A stretch of DNA of 64,000 nucleotides. It comes from Orbicella franksi. Taxonomy: Eukaryota. The position numbers and the translations under genes are program-made. This document shows, piece after piece, positions 62,601 to 64,000 of this stretch (within the stretch, counting starts at the first letter, position 1; every line of letters begins with the position of its first letter). Below the pieces are notes generated by a model. It made no database searches, was not told where the DNA came from, and saw nothing but the letters and a program-made list of their open reading frames with translations. Location of the stretch: positions 12,772,001-12,836,000 of the forward strand of contig OZ116709.1 in the NCBI GenBank assembly GCA_964199315.1, read 5' to 3'.

Positions 62601-64000
62601 CTTCTGGTGATTCATCTTCAGATGGTGTTAAAGGAAATTTAACTTCCACTGGTCCAACCTCGGCGCCTCCTCTTTTTTTTGTTGCCGTTGTAGCGATTCG
62701 TTTAACAATTCTTCTCACCCGAACACCATTCTCATCAATATACTCCTCGACTTCCTCTGGACTTTCACCTTCTGATGATGCAACAGGAAATTTAACCTCC
62801 ACTGGTTCAGTCCCTTCACTTTCTCTTTTAATACTGGTTGTCGTGATGGTTCTCCTGACAATCCGCCTCACCCGAGAACCGTTCTCATCAACAAATTCTT
62901 CAACTTCTTCGGGTGATTCATCTTCCATTCCCTCGATTTCAGGCATAACTATTTCCCGATTCAAAGTTGTCGAGGTAACTCTCTCCATTTCGTCCTCGCG
63001 ATCAAGGTCTTCTTTTAACCCAGGTTCTTTAGGCTGAGAAGATAGAATTAAGAAAGAAATGTCATCTGTAGGCTGTCTCGGTTCTTCTGATCCTGGTTCA
63101 CTCTCCTCCATCCATTCAGGAAGGACAACTTCACGTGTTTGCACTGAGGGAACAACATCATCAGAGTCAAGGTAAACAGGAGCAGCTGACTCAAACATCT
63201 TTGCACCTGGTCCGTCCTTTGCTTCATCAACAGATGAACGGATTATACTTCTTGTTGTAATAGCTCGCCTCACAGTTCTCCTCACACGAACGCCATTTTC
63301 GTCAATATATTCCTCGAAATCTTCTGGTGATTCATCCTCAGATGGTGTTAAAGGAAATTTAACTTCCACTGGTCCAATCTCAGCGCCTTCTCTTTTTGTA
63401 GTTGCCGTTGTAACGATTCGTTTTACAATTCTTCTCACCCGAACACCATTCTCATCAATATACTCCTCGACTTCCTCTGGACTTTCACCGTCTGATAGTG
63501 CAACAGGAAATTTAACTTCTACTGGTTCAGTCCCTTGACCTTCTCTTTTGATACTGGTTGTGGTGATGGTTCTCCTGACAATCCGCCTCACCCGAGAACC
63601 GTTCTCATCAACATACTCTTCAACTTCTTCGGGTGATTCATCTTCCATTCCCTCGATTTCAGGCATAACTATTTCCCGATTCAAAGTTGTCGAGGTAACT
63701 CTCTCCATTACGTCCTCGGAATCAAGGTCTTCTTTTGACCCAGGTTCTTTAGGCTGAGAAGGCAGAATTAACAAAGAAATGTCTTCTGAAGGCTGTCTCG
63801 GTTCTTTTGATGCTGGTTCACTCTCCTCCATCCATTCAGGAAGGACAACTTCACGTGTTTGCACTGAAGGAACAACATCATCAGAGTCAAGATAAACAGG
63901 AGCTGCTGACTCAAACATCTTTGTACCTGGATCATCCTTCGCTTCATCAACAGATGTACGGATTATACCTCTTGTTGTAATGGTTCGCCTCACAATTCTC
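108..64000 (-). CDS. MACF1/DST: Giant spectraplakin (MACF1/dystonin/Shot-like), partial multi-exon gene: 60 coding exons in window, about 8,900 aa, about 73 spectrin repeats plus an acidic repeat exon
   Basis: Chain of minus-strand ORF segments bounded by AG/GT that splice in frame. Spectrin-repeat heptads with conserved Trp. EGALLQLGQFQLALEELLVW...GDVKFIEVEKAKH (108-440) and ENALLACGKFQDALQSLLDWLAET...KAQMQEQK (6864-7193) match my recollection of the MACF1/DST rod. ABD, plakin, EF-hand and GAR domains are not seen in the window. Confidence 0.9.
597..760 (-). mobile_element. degenerate tRNA-derived SINE
   Basis: Minus strand starts GGCTACTTGGCGAAGTGG (A-box-like) with a decayed B-box; the body resembles a cnidarian SINE consensus as I recall it. 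Confidence 0.55.
858..1987. mobile_element. fold-back element with about 290-bp imperfect inverted arms (858-1143 / 1691-1987)
   Basis: AATGAATGAGTTGCCAGTAAGCGG... is the near reverse complement of ...CCGATTACTGGCAACTCATTCATT, and similarity extends through the whole arm. Confidence 0.85.
1144..1540 (+). pseudogene. Penelope-like retroelement fragment (RT C-terminal/thumb-linker region), frameshifted
   Basis: ENFSTRLISRGYPEQMVEKTL...RKEALKQK followed out of frame by IFKEPPLICYRKGKSLKYVLVKAK; both motifs are typical of PLEs. Confidence 0.7.
2045..2371 (-). CDS. MACF1/DST: spectraplakin exon, 1 spectrin repeat
   Basis: AG|ELRSELD...QLQEQK|GT, 327 nt, phase 0. Confidence 0.9.
2911..3240 (-). 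CDS. MACF1/DST: spectraplakin exon, 1 spectrin repeat
   Basis: AG|GLQSEFD...QIHDHQ|GT, 330 nt. Confidence 0.9.
3439..3768 (-). CDS. MACF1/DST: spectraplakin exon, 1 spectrin repeat
   Basis: AG|SIQEGIT...AQIEEIK|GT, 330 nt. Confidence 0.9.
4111..4425 (-). CDS. MACF1/DST: spectraplakin exon, 1 spectrin repeat
   Basis: AG|ALNADVA...QQERIK|GT, 315 nt. Confidence 0.9.
5012..5338 (-). CDS. MACF1/DST: spectraplakin exon, 1 spectrin repeat
   Basis: AG|DIQKALA...QLGDQA|GT, 327 nt. Confidence 0.9.
5637..5948 (-). CDS. MACF1/DST: spectraplakin exon, 1 spectrin repeat
   Basis: AG|ELCQEID...QQEMLK|GT, 312 nt. Confidence 0.9.
6289..6618 (-). CDS. MACF1/DST: spectraplakin exon, 1 spectrin repeat
   Basis: AG|LFTRMIA...DAKKLQ|GT, 330 nt. 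Confidence 0.9.
6864..7193 (-). CDS. MACF1/DST: spectraplakin exon, 1 spectrin repeat (MACF1-like CGKFQDAL repeat)
   Basis: AG|DLQKEID...QMQEQK|GT, 330 nt. Confidence 0.92.
7314..7398. mobile_element. Tc1/mariner (pogo/Tigger-type) MITE
   Basis: TA|CAGTGGAACCTCG...CGAGGTCCCACTG|TA: TIRs with a TA target-site duplication. Confidence 0.8.
7660..7983 (-). CDS. MACF1/DST: spectraplakin exon, 1 spectrin repeat
   Basis: AG|LLKAEVD...QLEDIK|GT, 324 nt. Confidence 0.9.
8396..9046 (-). CDS. MACF1/DST: spectraplakin exon, 2 spectrin repeats
   Basis: AG|ELQQDVE...QLEKAK|GT, 651 nt. Confidence 0.9.
9214..9540 (-). CDS. MACF1/DST: spectraplakin exon, 1 spectrin repeat (type B)
   Basis: AG|DIHQEIK...CKQHVE|GT, 327 nt. 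Confidence 0.9.
10113..10442 (-). CDS. MACF1/DST: spectraplakin exon, 1 spectrin repeat (type A)
   Basis: AG|ALKDDLE...QKDSYQ|GT, 330 nt. Confidence 0.9.
11007..11339 (-). CDS. MACF1/DST: spectraplakin exon, 1 spectrin repeat (type D)
   Basis: AG|ALIQELE...QLEQLQ|GT, 333 nt. Confidence 0.9.
11760..12413 (-). CDS. MACF1/DST: spectraplakin exon, 2 spectrin repeats (B,C)
   Basis: AG|ELQEKIR...DLDNIK|GT, 654 nt. Confidence 0.9.
13075..13407 (-). CDS. MACF1/DST: spectraplakin exon, 1 spectrin repeat (type A)
   Basis: AG|ALKAQLE...QRSDDE|GT, 333 nt. Confidence 0.9.
13568..13812 (+). repeat. decayed about 100-110-bp minisatellite-like repeat
   Basis: GTGTGACC(A/T)TTCAAAT recurs at 13588 and 13696 with ctgtacaag motifs; the same family is at 26950-27185. 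Confidence 0.55.
13915..14247 (-). CDS. MACF1/DST: spectraplakin exon, 1 spectrin repeat (type D)
   Basis: AG|ELTAVLD...QLDLVR|GT, 333 nt. Confidence 0.9.
14879..15646 (-). CDS. MACF1/DST: spectraplakin exon, about 2.3 spectrin repeats (end of A, B, C)
   Basis: AG|VSFDEFM...QLAKIK|GT, 768 nt; joining to the upstream exon restores the SQEFQ-VSFDEF consensus. Confidence 0.88.
16065..16283 (-). CDS. MACF1/DST: spectraplakin exon, partial repeat (type A, first part)
   Basis: AG|ALRDEIA...RSQEFQ|GT, 219 nt. Confidence 0.88.
16535..17521 (-). CDS. MACF1/DST: spectraplakin exon, 3 spectrin repeats (B,C,D)
   Basis: AG|PVNDTIQ...QLQQAE|GT, 987 nt. Confidence 0.9.
17748..17908. mobile_element. Tc1/mariner (pogo/Tigger-type) MITE
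   Basis: CAGTGGAATCCCAATTTCTCGAACC...GGTTCGAAAAATCGGGATTCCACTG, 25-bp TIR; TSD decayed. Confidence 0.8.
18070..18402 (-). CDS. MACF1/DST: spectraplakin exon, 1 spectrin repeat (type A)
   Basis: AG|VLKDDIT...QSQQQK|GT, 333 nt. Confidence 0.9.
20635..20967 (-). CDS. MACF1/DST: spectraplakin exon, 1 spectrin repeat (type D)
   Basis: AG|ALLSVLK...QLEEAQ|GT, 333 nt. Confidence 0.9.
21119..24745 (-). CDS. MACF1/DST: spectraplakin large exon, 11 spectrin repeats (ABCD ABCD ABC)
   Basis: AG|ALQNEIA...ELRKIE|GT, 3627 nt = 1209 codons. Confidence 0.93.
25182..25514 (-). CDS. MACF1/DST: spectraplakin exon, 1 spectrin repeat (type D)
   Basis: AG|ALLTLMA...RLEQTE|GT, 333 nt. Confidence 0.9.
25583..25755. 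mobile_element. palindromic MITE (AATAG...CTATT family)
   Basis: About 45-bp TIR AATAGACCGTTTTCGTATGCTCGG.../...CCGAGAATACGAAAATGACCTATT; second copy at 51798-51944. Confidence 0.8.
26176..26829 (-). CDS. MACF1/DST: spectraplakin exon, 2 spectrin repeats (B,C)
   Basis: AG|IMKDDVK...ELNNTK|GT, 654 nt. Confidence 0.9.
26950..27185 (+). repeat. decayed about 100-bp minisatellite-like repeat (same family as 13568)
   Basis: ctgtggatgaaa...gtgaccatttaaatgaaag...ttctaactt motifs repeated 2-3 times. Confidence 0.55.
27275..28591 (-). CDS. MACF1/DST: spectraplakin exon, 4 spectrin repeats (B,C,D,A)
   Basis: AG|PVFEDVQ...QERQFE|GT, 1317 nt. Confidence 0.9.
29083..29733 (-). CDS. MACF1/DST: spectraplakin exon, 2 spectrin repeats (D,A)
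   Basis: AG|KAIVLLN...LKKDHV|GT, 651 nt. Confidence 0.9.
29767..29985. repeat. interspersed repeat fragment with internal 12-bp tandem (GGAATATACCAC)x3
   Basis: Tandem visible at 29789-29822; boundaries approximate. Confidence 0.4.
30281..30619 (-). CDS. MACF1/DST: spectraplakin exon, 1 spectrin repeat (type C)
   Basis: AG|TLQHEIL...ELAEIK|GT, 339 nt. Confidence 0.88.
31068..31397 (-). CDS. MACF1/DST: spectraplakin exon, 1 spectrin repeat (type B)
   Basis: AG|VLEKDLD...QLELLE|GT, 330 nt. Confidence 0.9.
31781..32113 (-). CDS. MACF1/DST: spectraplakin exon, 1 spectrin repeat (type A)
   Basis: AG|DVEEDVQ...QQDKLQ|GT, 333 nt. Confidence 0.9.
32262..32440 (+). mobile_element. MITE (GTTTTCACGTGAC...GTGAAAACG family)
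   Basis: TIR-like ends; the core ggcagccatattggtg...ccaaaccaatcctgtggg is shared with the copy at 48658-48800. Confidence 0.75.
32607..32939 (-). CDS. MACF1/DST: spectraplakin exon, 1 spectrin repeat (type D)
   Basis: AG|TMIKEME...ELDKVQ|GT, 333 nt. Confidence 0.9.
33350..33676 (-). CDS. MACF1/DST: spectraplakin exon, 1 spectrin repeat (apparent A/C chimera)
   Basis: AG|ALQEEAN...ELGKVD|GT, 327 nt. Confidence 0.88.
33940..34282. mobile_element. MITE (TTTCATAAATGGC...GCCATTTATG family) interrupted by a nested MITE
   Basis: Flanks 33940-34073 and 34230-34282 align with the uninterrupted copy at 46241-46425. Confidence 0.7.
34074..34229. mobile_element. nested palindromic MITE (AATAG...CTATT type)
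   Basis: AATAGGTCACTTTCGACATATTAAAATTCAGCTTG / CAAGCTGAATTTTAATATATCGAAAACAGTCTATT TIRs. Confidence 0.8.
34320..34640 (-). CDS. MACF1/DST: spectraplakin exon, 1 spectrin repeat (type D)
   Basis: AG|VIQEDVY...QLKEVQ|GT, 321 nt. Confidence 0.88.
34833..34877 (-). ncRNA. minimal type I hammerhead ribozyme motif (sense to the host pre-mRNA)
   Basis: TAACT-CTGAAGA-T-GAC[13 nt]GTC-GAAA-CGTC-GGTCA; core intact, stem I has one mismatch and one G-U pair. Confidence 0.6.
35268..35312 (+). ncRNA. minimal type I hammerhead ribozyme motif
   Basis: TGACT-CTGAAGA-T-GAC[13 nt]GTC-GAAA-CGTC-AGTCA: stem I TGACT/AGTCA, core CUGANGA and GAAA, palindromic ACGT stem III, GUC cleavage triplet. Confidence 0.7.
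35926..36276 (-). CDS. MACF1/DST: spectraplakin exon, 1 spectrin repeat (type C)
   Basis: AG|YLQQFVQ...KLDTLK|GT, 351 nt; an alternative in-frame acceptor at 36264 would give 339 nt. Confidence 0.8.
36614..36778. mobile_element. palindromic MITE (AATAG...CTATT type)
   Basis: AATAGGCCATTTTTGATCCATTAAAATT / AATTTTAATATACTGAAAATGGCCTATT; related to the element at 34074-34229. Confidence 0.75.
36856..37188 (-). CDS. MACF1/DST: spectraplakin exon, 1 spectrin repeat (type B)
   Basis: AG|GLYLEIT...EQTFIK|GT, 333 nt. Confidence 0.9.
37499..37831 (-). CDS. MACF1/DST: spectraplakin exon, 1 spectrin repeat (type A)
   Basis: AG|ALNEEFQ...QKEDHE|GT, 333 nt. Confidence 0.9.
37920..38045 (+). mobile_element. 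tRNA-derived SINE fragment
   Basis: A-box-like AGCTCAATGG and B-box GGTTCGAATCC followed by a non-tRNA tail (GGGGACTCAGATCATTTTTCTTTGTCCC). Confidence 0.65.
38246..38401 (-). CDS. MACF1/DST: spectraplakin exon, half repeat (type D second half; absent from the ORF track)
   Basis: AG|GRLTKHVEKLLMFMKIQHEVEVWIEEM...QLANAK|GT, 156 nt, translated by hand. Confidence 0.85.
38589..38742. repeat. interrupted (TAA)n microsatellite
   Basis: Direct reading of the sequence. Confidence 0.95.
38852..39007 (-). CDS. MACF1/DST: spectraplakin exon, half repeat (type D first half)
   Basis: AG|ELLSTLE...KLKRQK|GT, 156 nt. Confidence 0.85.
39455..39793 (-). CDS. MACF1/DST: spectraplakin exon, 1 spectrin repeat (type C)
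   Basis: AG|AFLEGVE...ELVKVD|GT, 339 nt. Confidence 0.88.
40019..40270 (+). mobile_element. TIR element, probably Kolobok-type MITE
   Basis: AGGACAGACCATTATTT...AAACATAATAGCCCGTTCCTAA ends; the body is shared with 46574-46843. Confidence 0.65.
40349..40678 (-). CDS. MACF1/DST: spectraplakin exon, 1 spectrin repeat (type B)
   Basis: AG|VFCKEIV...HKADAQ|GT, 330 nt. Confidence 0.9.
41103..41435 (-). CDS. MACF1/DST: spectraplakin exon, 1 spectrin repeat (type A)
   Basis: AG|DLQDDLE...QKQDQE|GT, 333 nt. Confidence 0.9.
41477..41710. mobile_element. Kolobok-type MITE
   Basis: TTAA|AGGAGCTACGTCAC...GTGACCGAGCTCCT|TTCA: TIR with a TTAA-like TSD. Confidence 0.65.
41970..42110 (-). CDS. MACF1/DST: spectraplakin exon, half repeat with GC donor (absent from the ORF track)
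   Basis: AG|VIENAEDFQSAVEVFESWLPRV...QLKEAE|GCAAGT, 141 nt, translated by hand. Confidence 0.83.
42668..42859 (-). CDS. MACF1/DST: spectraplakin exon, half repeat (absent from the ORF track)
   Basis: AG|TLKSVVE...QIKLEQ|GT, 192 nt; 192+141 = 333. Confidence 0.85.
43048..43575. mobile_element. non-autonomous hairpin-bearing element, class uncertain (possibly rolling-circle related)
   Basis: 84-nt imperfect hairpin 43074-43157 with a CCGCGAAGCGG apex; internal inverted repeat TTAATCATAACAATTACAATTT / AAATTGTAATTGTTATGATTAA; TGTCCGATTACA x3. Confidence 0.6.
43750..44088 (-). CDS. MACF1/DST: spectraplakin exon, 1 spectrin repeat (type C)
   Basis: AG|TLQEDVV...NRDTLK|GT, 339 nt. Confidence 0.88.
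44449..44648. mobile_element. short decayed copy of the Penelope-derived fold-back
   Basis: Starts with the same AATGGTTTGAAC(C/T)CAGGAGTATCAGT as 34751; inverted arms; hammerhead core mutated. Confidence 0.7.
44801..45130 (-). CDS. MACF1/DST: spectraplakin exon, 1 spectrin repeat (type B)
   Basis: AG|IVVREVG...QYRHLA|GT, 330 nt. Confidence 0.88.
45633..45965 (-). CDS. MACF1/DST: spectraplakin exon, 1 spectrin repeat (type A)
   Basis: AG|NLEEEVV...QRTSHE|GT, 333 nt. Confidence 0.88.
46241..46425. mobile_element. MITE (TAGACC..TTTCATAAATGGC family)
   Basis: ATAGACCACTTTCATAAATGGCGGCCAATT / AATTGGCAGCCAGTTATGAAAAGGGTCTA TIRs. Confidence 0.75.
46574..46843 (+). mobile_element. TIR element, probably Kolobok-type MITE
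   Basis: TTAGGGACGGACCATT...AATGGTCCGTCTGTCCCTA; paralog of 40019-40270. Confidence 0.7.
46872..47045 (-). CDS. MACF1/DST: spectraplakin exon, half repeat
   Basis: AG|VRLKERK...QLQHVQ|GT, 174 nt. Confidence 0.82.
47224..48178. mobile_element. about 950-bp non-autonomous element with a long terminal hairpin, class uncertain
   Basis: 45-bp arms 47234-47278 / 47340-47384 with 1 mismatch around GGCCGCAGGCC; right boundary approximate. Confidence 0.55.
48215..48325 (-). CDS. MACF1/DST: spectraplakin exon, partial repeat (absent from the ORF track)
   Basis: AG|KMIDVLEKSEIKLLRL...DNRVMQ|GT, 111 nt. Confidence 0.75.
48424..48543 (-). CDS. MACF1/DST: spectraplakin exon, partial repeat
   Basis: AG|VQEVMQP...ELIKVN|GT, 120 nt. 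Confidence 0.82.
48658..48800 (+). mobile_element. MITE (ATAGAGTGTTTTCAC...GTGAAAACGCTCTAT)
   Basis: Clear TIRs; paralog at 32262-32440. Confidence 0.8.
48821..49039 (-). CDS. MACF1/DST: spectraplakin exon, partial repeat
   Basis: AG|ALREDLE...NKTLAL|GT, 219 nt; 219+120 = 339. Confidence 0.85.
49437..49775 (-). CDS. MACF1/DST: spectraplakin exon, 1 spectrin repeat (type B)
   Basis: AG|VIKEDVD...KQEQLK|GT, 339 nt. Confidence 0.88.
50262..50594 (-). CDS. MACF1/DST: spectraplakin exon, 1 spectrin repeat (type A)
   Basis: AG|ATKVALA...QGSGLK|GT, 333 nt. Confidence 0.88.
51014..51343 (-). CDS. MACF1/DST: spectraplakin exon, 1 spectrin repeat
   Basis: AG|GVLKAVE...QLAELK|GT, 330 nt. Confidence 0.88.
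51454..51650. mobile_element. probable MITE
   Basis: GTGTTGCGGGCGTTCGGT ... ACCGATCGCCTGAACAC imperfect TIR. Confidence 0.4.
51798..51944. mobile_element. palindromic MITE, paralog of 25583-25755
   Basis: AATGGACCATTTTCGTATTCCCGG...CCGAGAATACGAATATGGCCTGTT. Confidence 0.75.
52065..52394 (-). CDS. MACF1/DST: spectraplakin exon, 1 spectrin repeat
   Basis: AG|ADRRDVL...ELQNIK|GT, 330 nt. Confidence 0.88.
52899..53054 (-). CDS. MACF1/DST: spectraplakin exon, partial repeat
   Basis: AG|ETVYTLP...DEIANT|GT, 156 nt. Confidence 0.82.
53144..53292. mobile_element. PIF/Harbinger-type MITE
   Basis: CAG|GCCTCAGTTGTTCGAA...TTAAACAACCCCGGC|CAG, 3-bp CWG duplication, internal GGATA/TATCC palindromes. 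Confidence 0.7.
53352..53513. mobile_element. CAG-ended TIR MITE (hAT-like)
   Basis: CAGTGTTCCAGATAAG / CTTATCCGGAACCCTG (14 of 16 match) flanked by CTCTTC on both sides. Confidence 0.6.
53846..53987 (-). CDS. MACF1/DST: spectraplakin exon, partial repeat (phase 2 in, phase 0 out)
   Basis: CAG|G TTG CCA AAC...CCG CTG|GTCAGT, 142 nt; the donor choice is less certain. Confidence 0.7.
54413..54510 (-). CDS. MACF1/DST: spectraplakin exon, partial repeat (phase 0 in, phase 2 out; absent from the ORF track)
   Basis: AG|ACREEISKHKPLLTTATLTGDWLIRNAHSSSA-TT|GTAAGT, 98 nt; its phase matches the next exon. Confidence 0.8.
54850..55170 (-). CDS. MACF1/DST: spectraplakin exon, 1 spectrin repeat
   Basis: AG|NLQSTLD...RLEELE|GT, 321 nt. 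Confidence 0.88.
55970..56545 (-). CDS. putative internal alternative first exon, 192-aa Cys-rich N-terminus
   Basis: ATG at 56545 in GAAATGT context with an in-frame TAA 11 codons upstream. 192 open codons (12 Cys) end at TTGAG|GTAGGC, a phase-0 donor compatible with the exon at 55170. No transcript evidence available. Confidence 0.55.
58489..58684. mobile_element. PIF/Harbinger-type MITE
   Basis: TTA|GACCCCGTCCACAAGTATCCGGATATT...AATATCCGGATACGTGTGGGCGGGGCC|TTA; about 58-bp TIR, TTA TSD. Confidence 0.85.
59169..59495 (-). CDS. MACF1/DST: spectraplakin exon, 1 spectrin repeat
   Basis: AG|NIEDEIT...EIEEIK|GT, 327 nt. Confidence 0.9.
61188..61367 (-). promoter_or_regulatory. cluster of 4 TGCATG (RBFOX-type) intronic splicing elements
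   Basis: catgca on the + strand at 61188, 61318, 61329 and 61362, all within about 210 nt downstream of the giant-exon donor. Confidence 0.65.
61399..64000 (-). CDS. MACF1/DST: giant acidic repeat exon of the spectraplakin (5' part outside the window)
   Basis: More than 860 open codons, E/P/T/V/R-rich tandem repeats, ending in a spectrin-like helix FVLENFLQWM...PVSWKVDEIKDQLQQIK|GTATTC, phase 0. Confidence 0.85.
61960..64000 (-). repeat. coding tandem array, 720-bp (240-aa) unit x about 3, each with three EEYxDENG motifs spaced 153/153/414 nt
   Basis: Lines 63961, 63241 and 62521 are near-identical at exact 720-nt offsets, with no indels between units 1 and 2. Confidence 0.92.

Noticed and set aside
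2007-63757. Many + strand ORFs overlapping exons (for example 16698-17297, 21858-22364, 62540-63037)
   Set aside because: Antisense shadows of the coding exons: Ser/Leu/Phe-rich, coincident with exon limits, and with no independent splice or domain signal.
108-64000. Alternative identity as nesprin/MSP-300, dystrophin or spectrin
   Set aside because: The distal repeats match remembered MACF1/DST motifs (LGQFQxALEEL, CGKFQDAL). No KASH, WW/ZZ or SH3/PH signature is visible, though both termini are outside the window.
61960-64000. CRISPR-like or satellite array
   Set aside because: Eukaryotic, in-frame coding repeats with no unique spacers.

Overview
Eukaryotic genomic DNA, probably from an anthozoan or stony coral (inferred from recalled repeat families, not proven). 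The whole window lies inside one very large minus-strand spectraplakin gene (MACF1/dystonin/Shot family). I traced 60 in-frame coding exons by hand: about 26.7 kb of CDS, about 8,900 aa, open at both window ends. 59 exons encode about 73 spectrin repeats, mostly one repeat per phase-0 exon, arranged in an ABCD four-repeat super-unit. The 5'-most exon (>2.6 kb, truncated by the window) is an acidic 720-bp tandem array. It carries 9 copies of an EEYxDENGxxVRRIVRR motif resembling the ankyrin obscurin-binding motif and is followed by a cluster of four TGCATG (RBFOX) sites. A 192-codon Cys-rich ORF with its own ATG and a phase-0 donor sits in the next large intron and looks like an internal alternative first exon. 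The introns hold many MITEs, two SINEs and Penelope-derived pieces, one of which is a fold-back with recognisable minimal hammerhead ribozyme motifs. Coordinates were counted manually and no database searches were run.
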